A DNA stretch of 64,000 bases from Candidatus Levyibacteriota bacterium (lineage in GTDB: Bacteria; Patescibacteriota; Microgenomatia; Levybacterales; UBA12049): positions 173,614 to 237,613 of the forward strand of contig JAUSEW010000027.1 of assembly GCA_030651475.1 (NCBI GenBank), written 5' to 3'. The position numbers and the translations under genes are program-made. Under the pieces are notes generated by a model. That model made no database searches. It worked only from the letters and a program-made list of their open reading frames with translations, and was not told the DNA's origin. This document shows, piece by piece, positions 53,300-62,088 of the stretch. How positions within the stretch are numbered: the first letter of the stretch is position 1; every line of letters begins with the position of its first letter.

Positions 53300-54289
53300 T
53301 TAAGGTAAGAATTTAAGCGCGTTAGGAAGATTGGGGGATATATAGGTGGTTATTGTATCTCGCAATTCTTTGAGAGATTTCGATAACATTATTTTTTCCC
53401 GTAAGGAAACTGCGCCGGAAAAATTATTGACATACGTCTTGCAAAATTTTTTCAAAGTAGCAGGATTCTTGCTTTCTCCCCATGTTTTTGAAAATAAATC
53501 AATGTGTTTTAGATAAAGATTTAATCTTTCTTTGACCACAATATCTTCAAGCTTCACCGAAGAATTAAATAACCAAGGATTTGCGAAAATTCCCGTACCG
53601 ATCATATAACCATCGCATCCATATAGCTTATGTTTTTCCTTAACTTCTGCAAGAGACTTAATATCGCCATTCCCTATGATGAAAGTTTTCGGAGCAATTT
53701 TATTTCTTAATTCCATAATCTTCGGCATCAACTCCCAATGGGCCGGTACTTTGGATAATTCCCGTACGGTTCGTAAATGAATACTAATCGCAGATAAATC
53801 TTGCTTAAGGAGAAAACCAATCCATTCTTCGATGTCTTCAGCATGAAAACCTATGCGCGTTTTGACACTTACAGGCAGTCCGTCTGCGCCTTTCTTGGCC
53901 GCCTGAATAATTTTTTGGGCAAGATTTGGATTTTTGATTAATCCGGCACAAGCTCCATCCCTAATAACTGCTCTGTCCGGACAGCCCATATTTATATCTA
54001 TTCCTGCAAAACCAAGTTTTCTTATATATTGCGCAACTTTACGAAAACTGTCCGGCTTAACTCCCCAAATTTGCGCGACAATAGGCTGTTCATTGCGAAC
54101 ATATTTCAAACGTTCTGCTACTACCTTTTTCCCTGCAGATAATAATCCTTCGCAATTTACGAATTCGGTAAAAAACACATCGGGCCGTCCGATACTATTA
54201 ATTATTTGGCGGAAAACCGTATCGGTTACTCCGTCCATCGGCGCCAAAACAGTAAAAGGTTTAGAAAGCTTCTTCCAAAAATTTCCCAT
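53300..54289 (-). CDS. tRNA-dihydrouridine synthase. Start at MGNFWKK
   Basis: FTVLAPMDGVTDTVFRQII. Catalytic Cys in INMGCP. FMN-binding TIM barrel. Confidence 0.85.
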   Translation of the reverse strand: MGNFWKKLSKPFTVLAPMDGVTDTVFRQIINSIGRPDVFFTEFVNCEGLLSAGKKVVAERLKYVRNEQPIVAQIWGVKPDSFRKVAQYIRKLGFAGIDINMGCPDRAVIRDGACAGLIKNPNLAQKIIQAAKKGADGLPVSVKTRIGFHAEDIEEWIGFLLKQDLSAISIHLRTVRELSKVPAHWELMPKIMELRNKIAPKTFIIGNGDIKSLAEVKEKHKLYGCDGYMIGTGIFANPWLFNSSVKLEDIVVKERLNLYLKHIDLFSKTWGESKNPATLKKFCKTYVNNFSGAVSLREKIMLSKSLKELRDTITTYISPNLPNALKFLP

Positions 54290-54317
54290 ACTTCGTAGTA
54301 TACTACTTATAGTATCT

Positions 54318-55835
54318 ATGAGATTTATTGATAATTTCCTGGACAGAATAACCATGTACCGCCTGGTACTATATTATCTCATCGCGCTTCTTTTTAACGC
54401 CGCTGTGCTTAGTCTTTTCGGAATTCTATCTTTCTCTGTATTCTCAATTATTTTTTCGGTAGCAATTCTTGTAACCGTATCCTGGATAACCAATAAAATA
54501 TTTGCCAAAATATTTAATGCGCCGACCAATGTTGAATCCGTTTATATCTCTGCCCTTATCCTGACGCTTATCATCACCCCCAGTCAATCCATTCAAGGAG
54601 CTGCATATCTAGGGCTGGCTGGAGTTTTGGCAATGGCGTCAAAATATATTCTGGCAATTAATAAAAAACATATCTTTAATCCAGTGGCAATTGCGGTTTT
54701 CTTAACAGCAGTAGGAACTAACCAATTCGCTTCTTGGTGGGTAGGAAGCTTCGCGATGATACCTTTAACTATTTTAGGAGGATTTCTTATTCTTAAAAAA
54801 GTTCAAAAGGTAAATCTTGCTTTTAGTTTTTTGGCAACGACACTTTTCGTAATCATTACTTTTGCCATTTTTAACGGGAGTAATCTGCTTGCAATTCTTA
54901 ATCAAGCGCTTTTGCATTCAGCGCTTCTTTTCTTTGCATTTGTGATGCTTATTGAACCTTCAACAACTCCTCCGACAAAAGGATTACAGGTTTGGTATGG
55001 AATTATGGTGGGATTATTGTTTTCTCCGCAAGTACATTTCGGAAGCTTGTATTTCACCCCTGAAATGGCATTACTAACTGGCAATATTTTTTCTTACATT
55101 GTCAGCCCCAAACAAAAACTTATTCTTTTCCTTAAAGAAAAAATTCAAATTGCTCCTGATATTTTTGATTTCGTATTTACGCCAAAAAAGAAACTCTCGT
55201 TTGTACCCGGACAGTATGCGGAATGGACATTTGAACATTCGCGCACCGATTCAAGAGGAAACAGAAGATACTTTACCATAGCGTCTTCACCTACGGAAAA
55301 TGATTTGAGATTCGGACTAAAGTTTTATGCCCAAGGAAGCAGTTTCAAGAACGCACTGGTAAATATTAAACCTAATACTCCTGTAGTTGCCTCACAACTT
55401 GCTGGCGATTTCACTTTGCCAAAAGACCCGAAACAAAAACTTGTTTTTATAGCCGGCGGGATTGGAATAACTCCATTCCGAAGTATAATCAAATATCTTA
55501 TTGATGTTCACGAAAAACGTGATATTGTCCTTTTGTATTCAGATAAGCAAGTTTCAGAGATCGTTTACAAAGACGTTTTCGACCAAGCGCAAATGGAGCT
55601 TGGGATAAAAACAATTTATGCTTTAACAAGTGAAAATTTGCTCCCGCAAGGTTGGCTGGGAAAAGTCGGAAGAATAGATGGGGAAATGATACGAGGGGAA
55701 ATACCTGATTTTCAGGAACGGATGTTCTACTTGTCCGGTCCGCATTCAATGGTTAACGCGTTTGAAAAAACTTTACTCGATATGGGAATTTTCAAAAGTA
55801 AAATAAAAACCGATTTTTTCCCCGGCTACGCATAG
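54318..55835 (+). CDS. fusion protein with an N-terminal RnfD/NqrB-like polytopic membrane domain and a C-terminal ferredoxin-NADP-reductase-like FAD/NAD(P)-binding domain
   Basis: Membrane part of about 330 aa with an FNPVA motif. C-terminal RRYFTIASSP (RxYS FAD motif), GGIGITPFRS (NAD(P) motif), and a terminal aromatic FFPGYA. Confidence 0.6.
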   Translation: MRFIDNFLDRITMYRLVLYYLIALLFNAAVLSLFGILSFSVFSIIFSVAILVTVSWITNKIFAKIFNAPTNVESVYISALILTLIITPSQSIQGAAYLGLAGVLAMASKYILAINKKHIFNPVAIAVFLTAVGTNQFASWWVGSFAMIPLTILGGFLILKKVQKVNLAFSFLATTLFVIITFAIFNGSNLLAILNQALLHSALLFFAFVMLIEPSTTPPTKGLQVWYGIMVGLLFSPQVHFGSLYFTPEMALLTGNIFSYIVSPKQKLILFLKEKIQIAPDIFDFVFTPKKKLSFVPGQYAEWTFEHSRTDSRGNRRYFTIASSPTENDLRFGLKFYAQGSSFKNALVNIKPNTPVVASQLAGDFTLPKDPKQKLVFIAGGIGITPFRSIIKYLIDVHEKRDIVLLYSDKQVSEIVYKDVFDQAQMELGIKTIYALTSENLLPQGWLGKVGRIDGEMIRGEIPDFQERMFYLSGPHSMVNAFEKTLLDMGIFKSKIKTDFFPGYA

Positions 55836-55849
55836 TTCTACTATGGAAT

Positions 55850-56479
55850 TTATTCAAGAGAAATATCAATACCTCTTAAAAGATCGTTGAATTTGTCTTT
55901 AGCTATTTTTTCCCGCTCTTTTTCGTCTGGAGCCAATTTTATTGGCAAATCACTACCCACCTCAAAGAACTTAAAGGTTCTTAAAAAAGCAGGATGTGCT
56001 TCGGGAGTTACATGGGATTGGATGTTGCCTTCTACGACTTGCAATATTGTTATCTTCATCTCCCTAATCCTTTTCATGAATTCTTCTTGCGTCATTGGCG
56101 GCTTAAGCATTCCTTTTCTTGAAAATCCCTTTGGCAAAAAAGGTGATTTAGTTCTATCACGCATCCAAGCAAAAACAACTAAAGCGTGACGAGTTGCTTC
56201 TCTTGTCTCCAAATCAACATCTGTATGGGATTGCTTTTGATCATCGTAGAGAACGGCTGATCCTTCTTCTGCTCTCGTTAGGTAAGATTGAAAAGTGTAG
56301 TCACGAAAATATTCTTTTGCTGGCCCAGGCTTACGAATTACACCTTTATTAAAAAGTTCTAGGAGAGCATTCGTCTGTTTTACAACAATCCAAGGAGATT
56401 TCTCAAACTCCCTATAACCAATTATTGGCTGAAACTCCGGGGATTGAGGCGCAGAAAATCTTCTTTCAAATTCTAGCAT
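55850..56479 (-). CDS. hypothetical protein C (209 aa) in the elevated-GC block
   Basis: ORF with its own upstream TTGACA element and the 14-bp palindrome. No motif. Confidence 0.4.
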   Translation of the reverse strand: MLEFERRFSAPQSPEFQPIIGYREFEKSPWIVVKQTNALLELFNKGVIRKPGPAKEYFRDYTFQSYLTRAEEGSAVLYDDQKQSHTDVDLETREATRHALVVFAWMRDRTKSPFLPKGFSRKGMLKPPMTQEEFMKRIREMKITILQVVEGNIQSHVTPEAHPAFLRTFKFFEVGSDLPIKLAPDEKEREKIAKDKFNDLLRGIDISLE

Positions 56480-56581
56480 ATTGTTTTAACAACGTGCCTT
56501 ATGTATTGCGCAATACTATATTATAAAAAATTATCTGTCAAGGTAAAAACTTCGGAAAAAACCGCATGGCGGAAATGTAAT

Positions 56582-57286
56582 TTATTTCGTAAAACTATCT
56601 GATCCTACAACCATAGTTTTAAATTCCGTTAGAGTGTCTATTGCCCCGCTAAGAGACCTAAACCCAACTACGCTTGATCGAACCGGATCAATTTGAGATA
56701 TTCCCCTGATAGGTAACTCTCTAGGCCCCTCCGGGAATTTCCCCCTTCTCCACAAAGGATTTGAATTTTCATTAAACGCCAAAGTTGCAGATGCCAGGAC
56801 TTCCCCTCCCAATGCGACAAGCGGAATTATAGTCCAGCCAATTCTTGAAAGCGGAACTTTAGAGGCTATTATGCCAAATTCCACTTTATTCCTTTTGCTT
56901 TCGTCCATATACCATCGTTCTTCTTCTCTCGGATTTTGCCAGTGGATGGAAGTTGTTCCCGAAGGCCACATTTTTATTTCTATTGCCAAATCTCCATAAG
57001 AACCACTCCATTTCAGGCAACATTGATTAGATTCGCTCCTTTGGATGTATTTCTTGCCGAGACCGAATAATTTTCTAGACAAAAACTGACCTGTTGGTAA
57101 AATATCCTGATTGCTTATCTGTTCTTTTAAGCGATAGTCTTCTATATATACTATCTTATTTCCTGCTGTTTCTACCATAGGCGTTAAATTGGATTTATAC
57201 TTGCGGGGCTTTATTTGTATCTGTTTGCTTCCATAACCTAAAAATCCTACTGGCAAGTGTCCTACTTTGTTCACCCGTAAAAACAC
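56582..57286 (-). CDS. hypothetical protein B. The ORF overlaps protein A by 92 nt in another frame. An alternative start at MVETAGNK (57178) removes the overlap
   Basis: ORF. A hydrophobic segment IIPLVALGGEVLASATLAF is present. No motif. Confidence 0.35.
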   Translation of the reverse strand: MFLRVNKVGHLPVGFLGYGSKQIQIKPRKYKSNLTPMVETAGNKIVYIEDYRLKEQISNQDILPTGQFLSRKLFGLGKKYIQRSESNQCCLKWSGSYGDLAIEIKMWPSGTTSIHWQNPREEERWYMDESKRNKVEFGIIASKVPLSRIGWTIIPLVALGGEVLASATLAFNENSNPLWRRGKFPEGPRELPIRGISQIDPVRSSVVGFRSLSGAIDTLTEFKTMVVGSDSFTK

Positions 57287-57803
57287 TCTCGCCTAAAGGC
57301 CGTACTTTTATATCTGGGCGTATTTTTTCTCCGGTTGCATACGACACGTGTTCGTCTTTATTGTAGCTTGGCGGATAAACAATCATACGATTAATAGCAA
57401 TTACCACTTTATTTTCTCCTTCAGGACGCTTCGTAGCAACAACTTCGCTTAAGAAAGACTCTGTAGTTTCCGAACGTACAGCCTCACGTTCACGTTCCGG
57501 AAGTGCTTCCCATTTAGGACAAATATATACATTGGCTTCTTTGGTTCTATGGTATTTTTGTAAATATATAGCATGCCTGCTTTCTTCGTCCACTAGATAT
57601 GGCGTCCTTATCGCAGGACCCTCTTGAGTCCTTTCCATTAGGGCAATCATGCTATGTACGAAGTATTCGAAATCAAGAGGAGTGAGTTCTGTTTTCCTAA
57701 GTAAAATTATGCAATCTGCTTCTAATCTTTCCTTGGCCCTTCCAGTTGCCGGCTCAAAACGCATAGCGGATGGCCCCCGCCTAATCTCTGCTGAAGTTGT
57801 CAT
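57195..57803 (-). CDS. hypothetical protein A (202 aa)
   Basis: ORF that is GC-richer than its surroundings. No motif. Confidence 0.35.
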   Translation of the reverse strand: MTTSAEIRRGPSAMRFEPATGRAKERLEADCIILLRKTELTPLDFEYFVHSMIALMERTQEGPAIRTPYLVDEESRHAIYLQKYHRTKEANVYICPKWEALPEREREAVRSETTESFLSEVVATKRPEGENKVVIAINRMIVYPPSYNKDEHVSYATGEKIRPDIKVRPLGESVFTGEQSRTLASRIFRLWKQTDTNKAPQV

Positions 57804-57859
57804 GGGTGGATTTAATCACAATATAGGCCAAAAGTCAATGAATGGGTTGAAATGATACT

Positions 57860-58288
57860 TTGGATTTGGTACGATTTCAATATATGAAAACCGTACTAAG
57901 AAGTATATTCTTTTACTCTTTTTCTTTATTTCTTCTTACTCAAATTATGCAGGGCGTAAGGGTTTCGGGTGATATTACGTCATATATTCTCGGCGGATTT
58001 TTGCTCTTTATTCTGTTTACGATACTAAGACCGATTCTAAATATCATTTCTTTCCCTTTTAATTTAGTAACTTTAGGCATGTTTTCATTTCTAGTAAATG
58101 TAATTATTCTTTATATTCTGACTATTTTTGTTGCCAACATCTCAATTACTTCATTTCTTTTTAAAGGTCTTTCCTTCGCTGGATTCACTATTCCTAAGGT
58201 ATTTATCAGCACATTTTTCGCCTACGTCCTTGCCTCATTTTTCCTATCTGCTATAATAGGTTTCCTAACATGGATAACAAAAAAATAG
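57860..58288 (+). CDS. small 4-TM membrane protein, YvlD/DUF360-like
   Basis: 142 aa, 4 TM. Pattern ILRPILNIISFPFNLVTLGMFSFLVN resembles DUF360. Confidence 0.35.
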   Translation: MDLVRFQYMKTVLRSIFFYSFSLFLLTQIMQGVRVSGDITSYILGGFLLFILFTILRPILNIISFPFNLVTLGMFSFLVNVIILYILTIFVANISITSFLFKGLSFAGFTIPKVFISTFFAYVLASFFLSAIIGFLTWITKK

Positions 58289-59223
58289 TTTGTCTTGGCG
58301 GCGGAATCGGAACTGCCAATCTCATAAAAGGCCTGAAAAAACATTATAAGAATATTACGGTTGTGGTGGCAATGACAGACGACGGCGGATCAGCAGGAAG
58401 ACTTAGAAGATTTTACAGAATTCCGCCTCCCGGAGATTTAGTAAGCTGTATTGCTTCTATGTCAAATGAGGACAAAATAATGAAAGACCTCTTAACTTTC
58501 AGATTCCCTGGAGATAGATATGGCGCAGACGGTGATTTGCCAGGACATAAATTCGGAAACCTGATGCTTGTAGCATTAACTGCGGTAATGGGGGATTTCG
58601 GCAAAGCAGTAAGTGAAATGCAGAGAATTTTTAAAGTAACCGGCAGAATTTTTCCTTCTTCTTCGGAAAGCGTTTCTATTTGGGCGCTTACGTCAACCGG
58701 GCAAAAAGTAGAAAGAGAAGAAAATATAGATTTAGGCAGATTTACGGGAAAAATAGAAAAACTTTACCTTCGGCCTGAAAATCCAAGCGCGCCGAAAGAA
58801 GTGGTTGATGCGATTCTGGATGCGGATGTTGTAATCGGGGGGCCGGGCGACTTATACACAACTGTTCTTCCTGTACTTTTGGTTCCGGATATCATAAAAG
58901 CAATTAATAAATCCAAAGCAAAGAAAATATTTATAGTTAATGTTGCCAATAAGAGTTTCGAAACTCCATCCTATGAAATAAAAGATTTCGTTGCCGCTAT
59001 AGTAAAACATTGTAAGTCCAACGTTTTTGATTATTTTCTGGTAAACAGCAATACTAAGCCAAAAATCCCGCAAAAATTCTCCCGCCAATACGATTATGTA
59101 AAATCAGATAATGCAAAAACAGGTTCCGACATTAAGATAGTTAAGCAAGATTTGGTGGATGAAAAATTTCCCATTTATCATGATTCCGACAAACTTGCAA
59201 AGGCACTAACCGAGATTATATAA
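58270..59223 (+). CDS. yvcK: YvcK/CofD-like (UPF0052) gluconeogenesis-factor family protein
   Basis: VCLGGGIGTANLIKGL...ITVVVAMTDDGGSAGRLR is the family signature. Confidence 0.8.
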   Translation: MDNKKIVCLGGGIGTANLIKGLKKHYKNITVVVAMTDDGGSAGRLRRFYRIPPPGDLVSCIASMSNEDKIMKDLLTFRFPGDRYGADGDLPGHKFGNLMLVALTAVMGDFGKAVSEMQRIFKVTGRIFPSSSESVSIWALTSTGQKVEREENIDLGRFTGKIEKLYLRPENPSAPKEVVDAILDADVVIGGPGDLYTTVLPVLLVPDIIKAINKSKAKKIFIVNVANKSFETPSYEIKDFVAAIVKHCKSNVFDYFLVNSNTKPKIPQKFSRQYDYVKSDNAKTGSDIKIVKQDLVDEKFPIYHDSDKLAKALTEII

Positions 59224-59230
59224 TAGTATA

Positions 59231-59446
59231 ATGATTTTTATCATTCTGGAAATCATAGTATCAGCGCTTCTTATCGGTGTTATTCTTATTCAGATGCAAG
59301 GAAGCGGTTTATCGTCTGCTTTCGGCGGGGGAGAAGGACAATTTTATCGAAGTAAGCAAAGCATTGAGAAACTGCTTGTCGCTGTAACGATTACTTTATC
59401 AATCCTTTTTGCTGTTTTATCAGTAATTCTGCTTATCCCCCGATAA
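59231..59446 (+). CDS. secG: preprotein translocase subunit SecG
   Basis: 71 aa, two TM helices. LIQMQGSGLSSAFGGGEGQF is the typical SecG loop. Confidence 0.8.
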   Translation: MIFIILEIIVSALLIGVILIQMQGSGLSSAFGGGEGQFYRSKQSIEKLLVAVTITLSILFAVLSVILLIPR

Positions 59447-59453
59447 TTCAACT

Positions 59454-60815
59454 ATGATTGCTATAAGACGCAGGCTTATATTCTGGCTTTTTAAAGCATA
59501 TTTAAGAAGATGGGGCAAAATTATCTTGATCTATTTTGCTCTTGGGCTTTTGGTTTTTTTCGTTCTAAGATCGATTCTCGGATTTGCCATAAACGAAATC
59601 ACCCTTGCTAGAAAATCGACAATCGGAATTGTCGGAGCCTACACCATAGATGATCTTCCCCCTTCAATTCTTTATAAAATTTCAAGCGGACTGACATCTG
59701 TCGGAGACGACGGGGCACCTGTTTCTTCAATTGCGAAAAACTGGAAAATTGAGAATAATGATAAAACGTATACGTTTTATCTAAAAAAGGATATCGTTTT
59801 TAGCGACAATATTGCTCTTACTTCTGACCTGATAAACTATTCTTTTTCCGACGTTTCCATTCAAAGACCTGACAAGCATACAATTGTATTTACTCTTAAA
59901 AATAGTTATTCTCCGTTTCTTGTTACGGTTTCAAGACCGATTTTCAAAAGCGGGTTTATAGGAGTAGGGGATTACAAGATAGATAATCTGAAATTAAACG
60001 GGAATTTCGTAGAGTCGATTCGCTTGGTAGCTGTCAAAAATCCGAAAGATATAATTTCCTACCAATTTTACCCAACGCAAGATTCTCTAAAGACAGCCTT
60101 TGTTCTTTCGGAAATATCCAAGATTGCAAGCCTTGAGGATGTGAATTTCAAAAACACCAACTTTTATTTCTTTAGAAACGTTAGCGTTGTAAAGTCAACA
60201 AACTACCATAAGCTTGTCACTTTATTTTACAACACCAATGATAAAGATCTTTCTTCAAAAACCCTACGAGAATCTCTCTCGTATTCAATTCCCGATAGTT
60301 TTTCGCAAGGCCAAAAAAGCAATGGGTCCTTTTCTCCTTTGTCTTTCGCAAATGTTCCGGGCCAGGATTTATACCAACAGGACTTGGAACACGCAAAAAC
60401 TTTGCTTGATAAATACAAGGAATCGGCATCGCAAAGCGCTAAATTGTCCATAACGCTGTTAACTCTTCCCAAATACAAAAAAACCGCCGAAAATATTTCT
60501 TCTATTTGGAAAGGCATAGGCATTGAAACCGATATAAAAATTGTTAATGAAGTACCTTCTGATTTCCAAGTATTTTTGGGAGACTTTAATTTATCCAAAG
60601 ATCCTGACCAATATCCTCTTTGGCACTCTAGCCAAATTAGCAACATCACTCATTATAACAATTTAAGAATTGACAAAATCCTTGAAGATGGAAGACAGAC
60701 AACAGATATAGAGAAACGAAAAACTATTTATGCTGATTTTCAAAAATATATATTTTCCGATCCGCCCGCATCCTTCCTCTATTTTCCATACGTTTACGAA
60801 GTTACGAGGAAATAA
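59454..60815 (+). CDS. membrane-anchored extracellular solute-binding protein, family 5-like
   Basis: N-terminal TM. KTYTFYLKKDIVFSDNIALTSDLINYSF matches the SBP_bac_5 N-lobe motif. Confidence 0.45.
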   Translation: MIAIRRRLIFWLFKAYLRRWGKIILIYFALGLLVFFVLRSILGFAINEITLARKSTIGIVGAYTIDDLPPSILYKISSGLTSVGDDGAPVSSIAKNWKIENNDKTYTFYLKKDIVFSDNIALTSDLINYSFSDVSIQRPDKHTIVFTLKNSYSPFLVTVSRPIFKSGFIGVGDYKIDNLKLNGNFVESIRLVAVKNPKDIISYQFYPTQDSLKTAFVLSEISKIASLEDVNFKNTNFYFFRNVSVVKSTNYHKLVTLFYNTNDKDLSSKTLRESLSYSIPDSFSQGQKSNGSFSPLSFANVPGQDLYQQDLEHAKTLLDKYKESASQSAKLSITLLTLPKYKKTAENISSIWKGIGIETDIKIVNEVPSDFQVFLGDFNLSKDPDQYPLWHSSQISNITHYNNLRIDKILEDGRQTTDIEKRKTIYADFQKYIFSDPPASFLYFPYVYEVTRK

Positions 60816-62088
60816 AACTTTTTGACCGTAATTTTTTATGGTAGGTAATGGCGAAACGGTGGGCTTCATCGCGAATTTCCATCATCAGTTTTAAAGCCCC
60901 TGAATCCTTCGGCAGAATTATTTCTTTAAAAGAAGATGTTATAATCGTTTCTTCTTTTTTGGCAAGTCCGACAACAGGAATTTTAATATTATTTTCATTA
61001 AGCGCTTTCAATGCCGATGAAACCTGGCCTTTCCCTCCATCCACAATAATTAAATTTGGGAAAGACCACTCTTTATGCTGAATTCTTCTTCGAAGAACTT
61101 CTTCCATCATCGAAAAATCATCCGGCAAAATGTAATTATTTTTTATTCTAAATTTTCTATATAAAGACTTATCTTTCCTGCCGTTTACGAAAACCGCCAT
61201 TGACCCTACTGCGAATTTTCCTGAAATATTTGAAATATCAAAACATTCAATCCTATGAAGATCTGCGACATTTATCCCGTAAGATCGAAAAGTAATTTTC
61301 AAAGAATCTACACTAGATTTTTCCAAGTCTTCCTTCGTATTTGGATCGATATCCTGATCGAACCGTAGAGAATACGAATGGGTAATTAATTCTATGGCGT
61401 TAATTTTTTGCTGAATTAAATTCGCTTTTTCAAATTCTTCTTTTTTGCTTAAAACGCTTCTTTCCTTTTTAAGATCACTTATAACTTTTTTTGTTTTGCC
61501 GCTAAGAAATGCTACTAAGTGCTTTATATTTTTCTTATATTCTTTTTTAAACTCCAATGAATCGAAAACGCCAGGGCAAGGACAAAGTCCAAGATGATGA
61601 TATAAACAAATTCCTTTTCCGTGGTTGGGAACGGATTGGAACGGGAAAATTTTTCTTATAATTCTAATAACAATCCTCATTGGTTTTGCTTGAGGATACG
61701 GGCCGAAATATAAGGAGTTTTTATCATCAGTTTTTCTGGCAATTAAAACTTTAGGATATTTATCTTTTATGGTAATTCTTATTAAAGGGTATGCTTTGCC
61801 GTCTGCCAATTTGACATTAAATTTCGGTTTGTATTTTTTTATATAATTTGCTTCCAGGAGAAACGCCTCTATTTCTGAAGACGTTTGGACTGTTTTTATT
61901 TTAGAAGCCTCGGAAATAAGAAGTTTGGTTTTCTCTAAGATGCGGGTGGCATTCGTGAAGTAATTGCTGACTCTTTTTTTTAGATTTTTCGCCTTTCCCA
62001 CATACAAAACATCACCTTTCCTGTTCAAGAAAAGGTATATGCCTGGACCTGATGATAATAATAAGCGTGATTGCGATAATAATAACAA
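60802..62088 (-). CDS. uvrC: excinuclease ABC subunit C, short form (428 aa, TTG start, no C-terminal HhH region)
   Basis: [37 protein letters not shown]. RNase H-like endonuclease region. Only TTG/TTA codons at the N-terminus. Overlaps the upstream gene by 77 nt. Confidence 0.8.
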   Translation of the reverse strand: MLLLSQSRLLLSSGPGIYLFLNRKGDVLYVGKAKNLKKRVSNYFTNATRILEKTKLLISEASKIKTVQTSSEIEAFLLEANYIKKYKPKFNVKLADGKAYPLIRITIKDKYPKVLIARKTDDKNSLYFGPYPQAKPMRIVIRIIRKIFPFQSVPNHGKGICLYHHLGLCPCPGVFDSLEFKKEYKKNIKHLVAFLSGKTKKVISDLKKERSVLSKKEEFEKANLIQQKINAIELITHSYSLRFDQDIDPNTKEDLEKSSVDSLKITFRSYGINVADLHRIECFDISNISGKFAVGSMAVFVNGRKDKSLYRKFRIKNNYILPDDFSMMEEVLRRRIQHKEWSFPNLIIVDGGKGQVSSALKALNENNIKIPVVGLAKKEETIITSSFKEIILPKDSGALKLMMEIRDEAHRFAITYHKKLRSKSFISS

